Assembly (NCBI GenBank): GCA_002269645.1
Contig: NIVC01001852.1
Coordinates: forward strand, 1-64,000
Direction of reading: 5' to 3'
DNA from: Macrostomum lignano
Lineage: Eukaryota
Length of the DNA stretch: 64,000 bases
Positions 12,180 to 27,460 of the stretch are shown piece by piece. Every line of letters starts with the position of its first letter. The stretch's first letter is position 1. Position numbers and translations under genes: made by a program. The notes beneath the pieces are model-generated. The model had not been told where the DNA came from and searched no databases. It saw only the letters and a list, made by a program, of their open reading frames with translations.

Positions 12180-12360
12180 CGGGTGAGAGATGGAGATTAG
12201 AGTGGGATAAACGAAAATTTGGGTGAGATAGACGGAGATTAGGATGAGATAGACGGGGATTAGGGTGAGACAGATGGAGATTAGGGGTGAGATAGACGGG
12301 GATTAGAGTGAGATAGACAGAGATTAGGGTGAGATAGACGGAGATTAGGTGTGATAGATC
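12180..12360. repeat. 21-bp minisatellite (TTAGGGTGAGATAGACGGAGA)
   Basis: About 8 degenerate copies. Confidence 0.8.
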
Positions 12361-12827
12361 GAGCACATGCACCAGCAGAATTGGACAGATTTCACTGCAG
12401 TCAAACAAAATGAACAGAATTACATTTAGAAGTTGGACAGGCTTGAGGATTGCCGAGAGCCATTAGTCAAAGTTTGCGTTGGTACGAATTGGCAAGTAGG
12501 CAGCTGTGCTGTAAGTATCATCAAAAATTGAATAACTAAGCATGAAATTTGACAGTTCCATCGTGCGCACAACAATTTAAAGCGAAGGGCATCAAGTCTT
12601 TGCGAGCATCAATTATCGTGTGTGAGGGATAAAATAACATGCAAATAAACAAGGTAGCAAGAAATTTGATAAAGAACTTGTTACACCTATCGCTACAGAG
12701 AGTTGCCATTCAATCAAAACAGAGATTTTCAATATAATTGCGGGTGTAAAATTTTAACAGAAAAGCGAGTCATTTAAACAGGGATTGTTTCACTTAGCAA
12801 TGATTGTCGATTTTGACTATTTTTCGG

Positions 12828-14157
12828 ATAGACACCAGCTCCTGAGTCCTGGGCCCCATGGACACCAATTCCTTAGCGCCATGGACACCAACTCTTTGGC
12901 GCCATGGACACCAACTCTTTGGCGCCATAGACACCAACTCTTTGGCGCCATAGACACCAACTCCTTGGCGCCATGGACACCAACTCCTTGGCGCCATGGA
13001 CACCAACTCTTTGGCGCCATGGACACCAACTCTTTGGCGCCATAGAAACTAACTCTTTGGCGCCATGGACACCAACTCCTTGGCGCCATGGACACCAACT
13101 CTTTGGCACCATGGACACCAACTCTTTGGCACCATAGACACCAACTCTTTGGCGCCATGGACACCAACTCTTTGGCGCCATGGACACCAACTCTTTGGCG
13201 CCATGGACACCAACTCTTTGGCGCCATAGACACCAACTCTTTGGCGCCATGGACACCAACTCTTTAGCGCCATGGACATCAACTCTTTGGCGCCATGGAC
13301 ACCAACTCTTTAGCGCCATGAACACCAACTCTTTAGCGCCATGGACACCAACTCTTTGGCGCCATAGACACCAACTCTTTGGCGCCATGGACACCAACTC
13401 TTTGGCGCCATGGACACCAACTCTTTGGCGCCATAGACACCAACTCTTTGGCGCCATAGACACCAACTCTTTGGCGCCATGGACACCAACTCTTTAGCGC
13501 CATGGACATCAACTCTTTGGCGCCATGGACACCAACTCTTTAGCGCCATGAACACCAACTCTTTAGCGCCATGGACACCAACTCTTTAGCGCCATGGACA
13601 CCAACTCTTTGGCGCCATGGACACCAACTCTTTGGCGCCATAGACACCAACTCTTTGGCGCCATGGACACCAACTCTTTGGCACCATGGACACCAACTCT
13701 TTAGCGCCATGGACACCAACTCTTTAGCGCCATGGACACCAACTCTTTGGCGCCATAGACACCAACTCTTTGGCGCCATAGACACCAACTCTTTGGCGCC
13801 ATAGACACTAACTCTTTGGCGCCATGGACACCAACTCTTTGGCGCCATAGACACCAACTCTTTGGCGCCATAGACACCAACTCTTTGGCGCCATAGACAC
13901 CAACTCTTTGGCGCCATAGACACCAACTCTTTAGCGCCATGGACACCAACTCTTTGGCGCCATAGACACCAACTCTTTGGCGCCATAGACACCAACTCTT
14001 TGGCGCCATAGACACCAACTCTTTGGCGCCATAGACACCAACTCTTTGGCGCCATGGACACCAACTCTTTGGCGCCATGGACACCAACTCTTTGGCGCCA
14101 TAGACACCAACTCTTTGGCGCCATGGACACCAACTCTTTGGCGCCATAGACACCAAC
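12828..14157. repeat. 23-bp minisatellite (GGACACCAACTCTTTGGCGCCAT)
   Basis: About 57 tandem copies; explains all MAPKSWCPW ORFs. Confidence 0.97.
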
Positions 14158-14371
14158 CCTTGACATAATCACTTTTAGACGCTTTAAAGGAGAACAATTT
14201 GCAACAATGCAATAAAATACAAACAAAAAGCAAGCAAAGAATTCAGAGTCAAGAGGATCAGATTGGTTGCCTAGTAACCGCAGGCTGGTACAGACACGAG
14301 TCGGGATCGGGCAGAGACACGCACGTGTCATCCTCCTCATCAGACGGGTACAGACTCTGATAAGCGCTCAC

Positions 14372-14620
14372 CAGCTGCTGAAATGGCGGCGGCGGCGGCG
14401 GTGGTGGCGGAGGAGGCGGCGGCGGCGGAGGCTGCACAGTCTGGTCAGAGCCTGATGATGTGGGAGTCAGTCCCCATGGAGACACGAAAGACTGCACGTC
14501 GATGGGCTGGCCGCAGGCGGCGCCGCCGCCGCCGCCGCCGCTGATGCCGGCGCCGCTGCTGGAGCCGACAATGTGAGGCAGCGGCGAAGTGGCGATCATG
14601 GGCACTCCTGACAGGGTGCG
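14372..14620 (-). CDS. isl1: Islet LIM-homeobox gene, exon encoding the LIM-binding domain (LBD)
   Basis: RTLSGVPMIATSP..PIDVQSFVSPW..FQQL matches the Islet LBD and FQQL; acceptor ACTCAG| and donor CTG|GTGAGC, both phase 0; 249 nt. Confidence 0.85.
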
Positions 14621-14691
14621 CTGAGTGGGGTGGCCAGGGGGAGATGCCAGCATTATGAGTCATGTCACTATGAGTACGCATCATAAAAATT

Positions 14692-15385
14692 GCCTCTCTC
14701 TATCCATAACTTGGCGCCTCTCTATCCATAACTTGGCGCCTCTCTATCCATAACTTGGCGCCTCTCTATCCATAATTTTACGTCTCTCTATTCATAATTT
14801 AGCGCCTTCTCTATCTATTATTTGGCGCCTCTCTATCCATAGCTTGGCGCCTCTCTATCCATAGCTTGGCGCCTCTCTATCCATAACTTGGCGCCTCTCT
14901 ATCCATAACTTGGCGCCTCTCTATTCATAATTTTACGTCTCTCTATTCATAATTTAGCGCCTTCTCTATCTATTATTTGGCGCCTCTCTATCCATAACTT
15001 GGCGCCTCTCTATCCATAATTTTACGTCTCTCTATTCATAATTTAGCGCCTTCTCTATCTATTATTTGGCGCCTCTCTATCTATTATTTGGCGCCTCTCT
15101 ATCCATAGCTTGGCGCCTCTCTATCCATAGCTTGGCGCCTCTCTATCCATAACTTGGCGCCTCTCTATCCATAACTTGGTGCCTCTCTATCCATAACTTG
15201 GTGCCTCTCTATCCATAACTTGGCGCCTCTCTATCCATAACTTGGCGCCTCTCTATCCATAACTTGGCGCCTCTCTATCCATAACTTTGCGCCTCTCTAT
15301 CCATAACTTGGCGCCTCTCTATTCATAATTTTACGTCTCTCTATCCATAATTCAGCGCCTTCTCTATCTATTTTTGGCGCCCCTC
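14692..15385. repeat. 22-bp minisatellite (CTCTCTATCCATAACTTGGCGC)
   Basis: Tandem copies with recurring variant triplets. Confidence 0.95.
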
Positions 15386-15929
15386 TAGCGAAGGAACTCC
15401 AAACAGCAACCGCATAAGGAAATAGAAAGATGCTTGCGAAAGCAGAAAGCACCTGAGATATAGATGGGCCGGGTCACATTTAAAAAGGATAAGATTTTGC
15501 TCTCAGGAATTGAAAGCAAATCCTGGTACATTTTTCTGTAGCCAGAGTGATTTTCTCTCTCGGCGTGTGACAGCGAGTAGCAAATAGGCGAGCGACTCAA
15601 CTGACTCATTGCGGCTCATCTCAGGCAGCTTTCGCCACGGATTGAAGAAAAAATATTCTATCGCTACAGTGGGGGCCACTTGCGATCTCTGCAGTATCTT
15701 TTTTAGAGAGAGAGAGAAGAAATGCGCTGTTAAAAAATTCAGAAAGGCGTGAGAGAATTGGCAGCCGTTTAGGCATTCGAAATTCTGAAAAAAAGATTTT
15801 TTCCGAAAAGTTTCAAGTTTCTCTTCCCTGTTCGAAAATTCTAACCTAAATGCGTGTGGTATGGGCGAGTTTCTTAATTCACTCCTTCAGTTAAACGGGC
15901 GGTGACTTAGCCTGGGCATCTGGGAGGCG

Positions 15930-16711
15930 CCCAGCGATTGAGGATCTGGGAGGCTGGTCCAGCAACTGGGGATCTGGGAGACTGGTCCAGCAACTGAGGA
16001 TCTGGGAGGCTGGCCCAGCAACTGAGGATCTGCGAGGCTGGTCCAGCAACTGATGATCTGGGAGGCTGGCCCAGCAACTGAGGATCTGGGAGGCTGGCCC
16101 AGCAACTGAGGATCTGCGAGGCTGGCCCAGCAACTGGGGATCTGGGAGGCTGGCCCAGCAACTGAGGATCTGCGAGGCTGGCCCAACAACTGAGGATCTG
16201 GGAGGCTGGCCCAGCAACTGAGGATCTGGGAGGCTGGCCCAGCAACTGAGGATCTGGGAGGCTGGTCCAGCAACTGATGATCTGGGAGGCTGGCCCAACA
16301 ACTGAGGATCTGGGAGGCTGGCCCAGCAACTGAGGATCTGGGAGGCTGGCCCAGCAACTGAGGATCTGCGAGGCTGGCCCAGCAACTGAGGATCTGGGAG
16401 GCTGGCCCAGCAACTGAGGATCTGCGAGGCTGGCCCAACAACTGAGGATCTGGGAGGCTGGCCCAGCAACTGAGGATCTGGGAGGCTGGCCCAGCAACTG
16501 ATGATCTGGGAGGCTGGACCAGCAACTGATGATCTGGGAGGCTGGCCCAACAACTGAGGATCTGGGAGGCTGGCCCAGCAACTGAGGATCTGGGAGGCTG
16601 GCCCAACAACTGAGGATCTGGGAGGCTGATCCATCAACTCAGGATCTGGGAGGCTGGCCCAGCAACTGAGGATCTGGGAAGCTGGTCCAGCAACTGAGGA
16701 TCTGGGAGGCT
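15930..16711. repeat. 28-bp minisatellite (CAACTGAGGATCTGGGAGGCTGGCCCAG)
   Basis: About 28 tandem copies. Confidence 0.95.
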
Positions 16712-16743
16712 TACACACCTGAGAATACAAAATAGCAAGTTAC

Positions 16744-17114
16744 CTTCTGCTGCTGGTGCTCCATCTGCTTGATGAGGATCTGCTTCTTCTTGTCTTTGCA
16801 GCGCTTATTCTGGAACCAGACCCGGATGACCCTGGGACTCAGGCCGGTCATCTCCACCAGCTGCTCCTTCATCAGCGCGTCCGGTCGCGGATTGGCCGCA
16901 TAGCAGGTGCGCAGGGTGTGCAGCTGTTTCTCGTTGAGAACAGTTCGAACTCGAGTTGTCTTGCTATCCTTGCCGGAGCTCTTGTTGCGCTTTGAACTGC
17001 CTCCGCCGGCGCTCTGTTTCGGCAAGGCGCCGCCGCCACCGCCGCCGCTGATGCTGGAGCGGTCGCAGTTCGACTGCGTCTCCGAATTTCCCGACGGGCT
17101 GAGCGAATCCTCAT
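16744..17114 (-). CDS. isl1: Islet homeodomain exon
   Basis: [59 protein letters not shown] is the diagnostic Islet homeodomain; acceptor TTTTCCCTCAG|AT (phase 1), donor AAG|GTAACT (phase 0). Confidence 0.97.
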
Positions 17115-17829
17115 CTGAGGGAAAAAAAACACAGGCGCGTATTTGTGTCGGTCTGCTACGAGTAACTCGGCAGTGCAGCCTGAACTGGCGCACTTTCAAG
17201 GGCCGAATTGTCTCTCGGCTGAGACAGAAATGCTGAAAGATCGAGAGGTCTGGTCCGGGGTTGGGTAAAATGGCCCGACTGACTGACTGGCTGTCTGTCT
17301 GTCTGTCTGGAAGCCCTCGACCTGTGCTTGCCACCTCCGCAACCTCCGCAGCCGTCGCCACCGCCGCTGCCGCCGCCGCCGCCGCCGTCCGTCCGTCCGT
17401 CCGTCCGTCTCGTTCCTCGATTTTTTCGGGCGCCGCAAATCCTCACGAAAAAAATCCCTTCATTTTTCCGGGGGGTCTTTTGGCTGCCGTGCCAGCCTCC
17501 TCCGCTGGCCACCCTTGGCGCCAGGATGGGTCGCCCAAATATCAGAGAGTTTTTTTGGAAATTCCGAAACCCACGCAGCTGAATAGAGAGATGGGGAAGA
17601 CAGAGAAAGAGAAAAAAGAAATGACCCAAGCCTGAATTACCTGTATTTATAGGTAGGCTTTGGGGCTATGATAATGACTGTCGTGTAGTCTCCTTGCTTT
17701 TTAGAAAAAAATAAGAAATCGAATTGGCTGGAAAATTGCAGGGGCTCAGGGGGCCGCGGCCCCTCTATAGGGGAGGACGGCAAAAGTTTGAGCCTCTTAA
17801 AGCCTCTCAATGACGCCCCTGAAAGGAAA

Positions 17830-18536
17830 TGGCGCCTCCTCTGGCGCCCCCTTTGAAGCATCTCAGGCGCCCCCTTTGAAGCATCTCAGGCGCCCCCTTT
17901 GAAGCATCTCAGGCGCCCCCTTTGAAGCATCTCAGGCGCCCCCTTTGAAGCATCTCAGGCGCCCCCTTTGAAGCATCTCAGGCGCCCCCTTTGAAGCATC
18001 TCAGGCGCCCCCTTTGAAGCATCTCAGGCGCCCCATTTGAAGCATCTCAGGCGCCCCCTTTGAAGCATCTCAGGCACCTCATTTGAAGCATCTCAGGCGC
18101 CCCATTTGAAGCATATCAGGCACCTCATTTGAAGCATATCAGGCGCCCCCTTTGAAGCATCTCAGGCGCCCCCTTTGAAGCATCTCAGGCGCCCCCTTTG
18201 AAGCATCTCAGGCGCCCCCTTTGAAGCATCTCAGGCGCCCCCTTTGAAGCATCTCAGGCGCCCCCTTTGAAGCATTTCAGGCGCCCCCTTTGAAGCATCT
18301 CAGGCGCCCCCTTTGAAGCATCTCAGGCGCCCCCTTTGAAGCATCTCAGGCGCCCCCTTTGAAGCATCTCAGGCGCCCCCTTTGAAGCATCTCAGGCGCC
18401 CCCTTTGAAGCATCTCAGGCGCCCCCTTTGAAGCATCTCAGGCACCCCCTTTGAAGCATCTCAGGCGCCCCCTTTGAAGCATCTCAGGCACCCCCTTTGA
18501 AGCATCTCAGGCGCCCCCTTTGAAGCATCTCAGGTG
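17830..18536. repeat. 23-bp minisatellite (CAGGCGCCCCCTTTGAAGCATCT)
   Basis: About 30 tandem copies. Confidence 0.97.
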
Positions 18537-19419
18537 CCTTCTTCACTCTATCTCTCTATCTTTCTTAGGTTTTCCTTAGCCAAGCAGATCTCGCATTGCA
18601 ACTTTCTCCCAGCCTCAGAGAAATGGAGCCGATCCTCAATTGACCCTTCCGGGAGCTGCTCGCTCTATTCTCTCCCCTCCCCTGCCCCCCTCTCGATCCA
18701 TTTCCTAATTGACTCTGCAACTGACAGGAACTGCGCCAAAATAAAGCCTGAAGAAGGGCTTTGGGTGAAGCTGCGGGTTAAAAGCGCCACCCCCCATCAC
18801 CCAGCGCTACTAACCCGGTGTTAACCTAATCAAGAAGAGGCCCCGCTACCAGAGCGAGAAGGGGTGAGAAAGAGAGAATGAGGTAGAGGGCCATTCACTA
18901 ATTCATGAGAACCCCCTGCTCTCCTCATCTTGTGTCTATAGGGGGGGGGATTTTCTGCATCTCTATCCCCTAATTTTTTCTTCTTTTTCCGCCGTCTCTA
19001 ACCTTGGGCTCCCTCCAAGTCTCTACACGTCCAAGTGGCTCCGGCAGTGCCCACCAGAAAAAATTATCCGCAGAAAGTTGGACAGAGACACAGAGAGATT
19101 AAAGGGGCCGCTGCCTAGAATTAGTAATTTTTTTGGCAAACGTTTTCTGATGCTCGAACTATGAAATATTAATTCCCCATTTCGTCCCCACCCCCCAAGA
19201 TCCCAGGGGGCGGGCATTGAAGTCCAACCTGCAGGCTTGACCTCCGAGGATTTGAATAAACAGTCTGCCTTCTGGAGGCAACTTGGAAATCTCCGAGATA
19301 CCTCTGACTGAGTCTGTTTGAAGCAAGTGCGCTTTGAAGTGGCAAAGCTGGCATCTGTGTTTGGAGATTCCCGGAGGAAGACTCTCAAAAGTTATTCTTA
19401 ATTGAGACTTTTAGGATAG

Positions 19420-19640
19420 AAGACATTCAAGAGATTCTCAAGGGAGATTCTCGAAGGAGATTAGATTCTCAAGGGAGGTTTTCTTGAGGAAGAATCAATG
19501 GAGATTATCTAGGGGAGGAGATTCTATTCGAAGATTTTCTTGAGAACGAGATTCTCATGGGAGATTATCTTGGGGATGAGATTCTCATGTCTCATGGGAG
19601 ATTATTTTGAGGAAGATTCCCAAGGGGACTTTGTCAAAAT
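19420..19640. repeat. Degenerate GAGATTCTC-based repeat
   Basis: Many imperfect GAGATT(C/A)TC motifs. Confidence 0.55.
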
Positions 19641-19800
19641 TTCAGGGAGAAGCTCAGGTAGATTTTAGGGGGGAGGGTGGTCCTTTTTGAGGATAATCTA
19701 ATTACTATATTTACAAATAAGATAATATAGATGAAATTATCAATGCATATTCAATGAGAGATACCCATACTCCAGAGCAACATGTCTCTATGCAACTTAC

Positions 19801-19863
19801 CGTCCCGGCTGTCCAGATCCTGCTCGTGAATGCTGTCCCTGCTCCCACTGTTGTTATTGCTAC

Positions 19864-19896
<33 letters not shown>

Positions 19897-20189
19897 GCAC
19901 TTTGGAGCTGTTGTTGTTGTTGTTCAATCCGGAGTTGTTGCTAAAATTGGCCGGCTCAGAATCAACGGACGGCAGCATGGGGGACTTTGACAACAGCTCC
20001 ATCGCGTCGAAATCTGCTCGACAGAGGAGACTGTCGTTTCTGACCGCGAACTCTTCGCCAGGTATGAGTTGCCGGGAACAGGTGTAGCAGCGGAAGCAGT
20101 CGATGTGGTACACCTTGGATCTCGCTCTCATCACGAAGTCCGTCTTGGAGAATGCGATGTCACATTTGGCGCAGCGGTTCGCGAACAGT
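19801..20189 (-). CDS. isl1: Islet LIM2 domain exon with poly-Asn tract
   Basis: (R)[59 protein letters not shown] is Islet LIM2; acceptor CTCACAG|A, donor G|GTAAGT. Confidence 0.95.
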
Positions 20190-20211
20190 CTGTGAGTGGC
20201 GTTGAACTGGG

Positions 20212-20735
20212 TCTGATAGATCTGTGCCTGATAGATGTCTGTCTGATAGATGTGTGCCTGTTGATGTGTGCCTGATAGATGTGTGTCTGATAGATGTGTG
20301 CCTGATAGATGTGTGTCTGATAGATGTGTGCCTGATAGATGTGTGTCTGATAGATGTGTGCCTGATAGATGTGTGTCTGATAGATCTGTGCCTGATAGAT
20401 GTGTGTCTGATAGATCTGTGCCTGATAGATGTGTGTCTGATAGATCTGTGCCTGATAGATCTGTGCCTGATAGATCTGTGTCTGATAGATGTGTGTCTGA
20501 TAGATGTGTGTCTGGTAGATGTGTCTGATAGATGTGTGCCTGATAGATGTGTGTCTGATAGATCTGTGCCTGATAGATGTGTGTCTGATAGATCTGTGCC
20601 TGATAGATGTGTGTCTGATAGATCTGTGCCTGATAGATGTGTGTCTGATAGATCTGTGCCTGATATTTCTGTGCCTGATAGATGTGTCTGATAGATCTGT
20701 GCCTGATAGATGTGTGTCTGCTAGATGTGTACCTG
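20212..20735. repeat. 15-bp minisatellite (TGATAGAT[G/C]TGTG[T/C]C)
   Basis: Alternating 15-mer variants giving a 30-bp higher-order unit. Confidence 0.95.
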
Positions 20736-21264
20736 ACAGACATGATTTAGAGTGTCCTATACTTGCAGATCTGGGTGTGACTTGAAACAGGTCTCGCGCA
20801 GCATTCCCATTGAGGTTAGGAAAACCATTGAATTCTGTTTCAGCCAATTTCTCCCAGCTTGCCTGGACAAGAAATCCATACAGCAGCTCGCGTGCCAACA
20901 AGCATTCAGAGGTCTATGCAGGCTACAGCTATCACAGACGGATGAAATCACGTTTTGTCCACCTATTCTCGCTCCCAATTACTCACTGATAGCACAACGA
21001 ATCAGTCATTATCTGCATTTGATTTGGCAAATTATTTTCTTAAAGCATTCGAGCCAATGCGGGTTTTAAAATTGTATTGAATTTTGCCGTTGAGATTTAG
21101 TAGCTATTGAGCCGGTTGAAATGCTAATATGCAACCTATGCATGCATTTAGCTGACTGATAATGCTAAACATCATGGAATTGTTAGCGCTGCTAAGAGCA
21201 AGGATTAAGATAGAATTGACGCAGCTCAATAGATATGGAGTGAGTTAGGGAGAGAAGTAGAGAG

Positions 21265-22690
21265 AGATTGGGAGAGAGGTAGAGAGACTGAGAGAGAGGT
21301 GGGGTGAGACTGAGAGAGAGAGAGAGGTGGAGAGAGACTGAGAGAGAGGTGGAGAGAGACTGAGAGAGAGAGAGGTGAAGAGAGACTGAAAGAGAGGTGG
21401 AGAGACTGAGAGAGAGGTGGAGAGAGACTGAGAGACGTGGAGAGAGACATAGAGAGGTGGAGAGAGACTGAGAGAGACTGAGAGAGAGGTGGAGAGAGAC
21501 TGAGAGAGAGGTGGAGAGAGACTGAGAGAGAGGTGGAGAGAGACTGAGAGACGTGGAGAGAGACATAGAGAGGTGGAGAGAGACTGAGAGAGACTGAGAG
21601 AGAGGTGGAGAGAGACTGAGAGAGAGGTGGAGAGAGACTGAGAGAGAGGTGGAGAGAGACTGAGAGAGAGGTGGAGAGAGACTGAGAGACATGGAGAGAG
21701 ACATAGAGAGGTGGAGAGAGACTGAGAGAGACTGAGAGAGAGGTGGAGAGAGACTGAGAGAGAGGTGGAGAGAGACTGAGAGAGGTGGAGAGAGACAGAG
21801 AGAGGTAGAGAGAGACATAGAGAGGTGGAGAGAGACTGAGAGAGAGGTGGAGAGAGACTGAGAGAGAAGTGGAGAGAGACTGAGAGAGAGGTGGAGAGAG
21901 ACTGAGAGAGAGGTGGAGAGAGACTGAGAGAGAGGTGGAGAGAGACTGAGAGACGTGGAGAGAGACATAGAGAGGTGGAGAGAGACTGAGAGAGACTGAG
22001 AGAGAGGTGGAGAGAGACTGAGAGAGAGGTGGAGAGAGACTGAGAGAGAGGTGGAGAGAGACTGAGAGAGAGGTGGAGAGAGACTGAGAGACATGGAGAG
22101 AGACATAGAGAGGTGGAGAGAGACTGAGAGAGACTGAGAGAGAGGTGGAGAGAGACTGAGAGAGAGGTGGAGAGAGACTGAGAGAGGTGGAGAGAGACAG
22201 AGAGAGGTAGAGAGAGACATAGAGAGGTGGAGAGAGACTGAGAGAGAGGTGGAGAGAGACTGAGAGAGAAGTGGAGAGAGACTGAGAGAGAGGTGGAGAG
22301 AGACTGAGAGAGAGGTGGAGAGAGACTGAGAGAGAGGTGGAGAGAGACTGAGAGACGTGGAGAGAGACATAGAGAGGTGGAGAGAGACTGAGAGAGACTG
22401 AGAGAGAGGTGGAGAGAGACTGAGAGAGAGGTGGAGAGAGACTGAGAGAGGTGGAGAGAGACAGAGAGAGGTAGAGAGAGACATAGAGAGGTGGAGAGAG
22501 ACTGAGAGAGAGGTGGAGAGAGACTGAGAGAGAAGTGGAGAGAGACTGAGAGATGAAGAGAGACTAAAAGAGAGGTGGAGAGAGGCTGAGAGAGAGGTAG
22601 AGAGAGACTGAGAGAGGTAGAGAGAGACAGAGAGAGGTGGAGAGAGACTGAAAGAGAGGTGGAGAGATTGGGAGAGAGATAGAGATGGTA
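21265..22690. repeat. GA-rich ~22-bp array (GAGAGAGAGGTGGAGAGAGACT)
   Basis: Tandem copies with large internal duplications. Confidence 0.95.
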
Positions 22691-24084
22691 GAGATTATGT
22701 ATGAGACGAGAAGAATTGTGGGAGAGGCAGGCAAAGCTGAGAAGTGTATTAACAGCTAATATTTCAAGATGAGATGTGCAAAGAGTGCAGAGTTAAAGAA
22801 TTTCAGCTCACCGCAGTTCAAGTAACAGATGGGGCAGCTAAGCCCAGCCCCAAGCAAAATCAGAGAGGAATTAAGAGGGAAAATTCAGGTGCTGTGGCAG
22901 CTTGATTTCTCTTCCCTACTCAAGTAAGCGGGAGCACACTAACCCATAGTGTGAGAACTATTTGAGCCATAATCCCCTTTCTGGTTAAGCTGGTGCAGTA
23001 TTGTTAATCCTTATTCACGCCCTCAGTTTCCGGATCCCATGCATCCTGTAACACAGACTCCCGGTGCAGTGTGCATTGACTCCGCGTTACTTAACGGTTA
23101 TTAGTATTATTAGTGAACTGTTATTCTATTTGGCTACCTACCACTATTTTAACAATTAAAACTACAACTTATTAGAATTATTTATTACAAATAAATACAG
23201 CATAGAATACCTACCACTGAGTATCTTCTCTAGCCGATAATTTCAGCGAAGCAGCTAAGAAACTGGCACAGCAGGGGGCCTCTCTAAAGCAGTGGCCGAC
23301 AGTGAGAAGATCATCGTTTTCTGCCCCAATGCCTCGCTTGAGCCCTGCACGCGCCGACCCAGTGGAGCCTGAATAACCTCTTGTTCAGCAGCATCCAAAG
23401 GCTACTCACAGTGCCCGCATCCACTTGTTGCTAATAATTAAACTGCTCAATAAGAATCTTCTTTGAGCACAAATCTCTAATTTTTTCTCTTAGATATTTA
23501 TAACAGGGGGGTGGCGCGGTGCTGACATTCCCAAGACAATCTGTGTGGTCCGGCACTGCTCTCAGTGTTCTCAGTGCTGCTGTAAAACTACTATTGTCTA
23601 CTAATTAGGCCAAGTGTGTTCTGCCAGCTGGTCCAGGGCGCCCATGACCTGCAACTTCTGCAACTCGCACACGAGCACCTGTCAATCAATCAAAATCTCT
23701 CGTTTTTGTTCTTTTTTCCCCGCCTCTCAGCTTTTCAGTGAAATCAACAACAGCAGCAGCAGGAATAAAGACGGCCGAGTGAAACTGAAGCGTGTAAAAT
23801 TGCAAATTACAGAGTGCCGGAAGCTGAGCAATGGATGATGATGCCGATTGCTGCCACGACCATTTGACATTTTCTTTGATCCTGTTTTTCCCTATCGATT
23901 CTATTTTGTCGCTAGTCTTTAATAAATCACACAAGTTTTTTTATTTGCGTATGATACCCCTCGGCTCAGTTCAGCTTGATGCTAATTACAGTAATTAATG
24001 GTTCTTGACGGCGGCAACAATCTTCGCATAGTAAGCAGGCAGCTACCTCTCGCCTCGCCCTCTGTCTCTGTCTACCTCTCACTC

Positions 24085-24480
24085 TAGATAGGCGCTCTCT
24101 GCCTACCTCTCACCTAGATCTCTGTCTACCTCTTACCCTAGATTTCTGTCTACCTCTCACCCTAGATCTCTGTCTACCTCTTACCCTAGATTTCTGTCTG
24201 TAGACCTCTCACCCTAGATCTCTGTCTACCTCTCACCCTAGATCTCTGTCTACCTCTTACCCTAGATCTCTGTCTACCTCTCACCCTAGATTTCTGTCTA
24301 CCTCTTACCCTAGATTTCTGTCTGTAGACCTCTCACCTAGATCTCTGTCTACCTCTCACCCTAGATAGGCGCTTCTGTCTACCTCTCCACCCTCGATAGA
24401 CTCTCTCTGTCTACTTTTCGCCCTCGATAGATGCTCTCTGTCTACCTCTCGCTCTTTTTGTCTACCTCTCACCCTGGATA
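24085..24480. repeat. 24-bp minisatellite (CTAGATCTCTGTCTACCTCTCACC)
   Basis: Tandem copies, degenerate at the ends. Confidence 0.9.
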
Positions 24481-24591
24481 GGTGGTCTCGGCCTTCCTCT
24501 CGGCCGTAATGGATCACACATGATTTTACTTATCTCCCCCTAGATAGTCTATCACCCCGCCATCATAGATATCCCATCCCAGAAGTCTAAC

Positions 24592-25018
24592 CTGCAATAG
24601 TCGGCCTTGCAGTAGGTTTTTCCATCACGAACATAGCAGGTCCTGGCTTCGTTTAGCTCAGCCGAGCACTCGGCGCATTTCAAACACCTGGCGTGCCACT
24701 CCAGGTCGGGCTGCACCCGCAAAATGTAGGGATCGGTGATGACGTCACCGCAGCCTGCGCACAGAGAGCACATGGGAGCAGGGAGGCGACTCGGTGTGGA
24801 GTGATCCCGATTGTACTCAGATAAATAGTGCAGCGACTGGGATGTTGGCATGAGAGGCTGCGGCGGCTGCTGCTGCTGCTGCTGCTGCTGCGGTGGTAGA
24901 AGAGGCAGAAGGGGCAGCGGCTGATGCTGCGACTGCGGTGGACCAGCTGGCATTGGTGGCTGCTGCTGCTGCTGTTGTTGCTGCTGTTGCTGCTGAGTCT
25001 GAGTTCCTGGTCTCATGC
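24592..25018 (-). CDS. isl1: Islet LIM1 domain exon with N-terminal poly-Gln tracts
   Basis: [59 protein letters not shown] is Islet LIM1; acceptor TTTGTACTGCAG|GC ATG (ATG at 25016), donor AG|GTTAGA (phase 2). Confidence 0.93.
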
Positions 25019-25482
25019 CTGCAGTACAAAGGTAAAGATGAAGGTAATACAGTTTGAGTCTGATAGGCTTGGTGCAACCAAGTTGACTCATAATGATAAT
25101 TCTGTTGTCCATTTACTGTTTCAATAGCTTTATGCATACGAGTATAACTTCGCTGCGCATTAACTAGAAATTGAATCACGCAACTTTACAAGCCTCGCGG
25201 CAAAACCCGATGAGAACTGTACAATTGATGGTTCAGCGCGTACCGTGAGAGACTTCACTATTAACTGGGCATTATTTTAATTAGGATTTTGGCCACAACC
25301 AGAAATCTGGAGGAGGAAATAAATGTTCGATGCAAGACCCGCAGTTAAAGTTTGCGTTCGAATCACGCACAGTTTCATGTGCTTTCTCTGCGGATAGGGA
25401 TGCCAGGCATGCAGGTATTGTGAGCTCGCTGACTGCGAGGCAAACTGGTTAGATTAAATTAATTAGATATATGGATTTTTAG

Positions 25483-27460
<1,978 letters not shown>

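Noticed and set aside
12828-18536. Regular 22-28 bp repeats as CRISPR-like arrays
   Set aside because: Units are directly tandem with no unique spacers, there are no cas genes, and the context is eukaryotic intron
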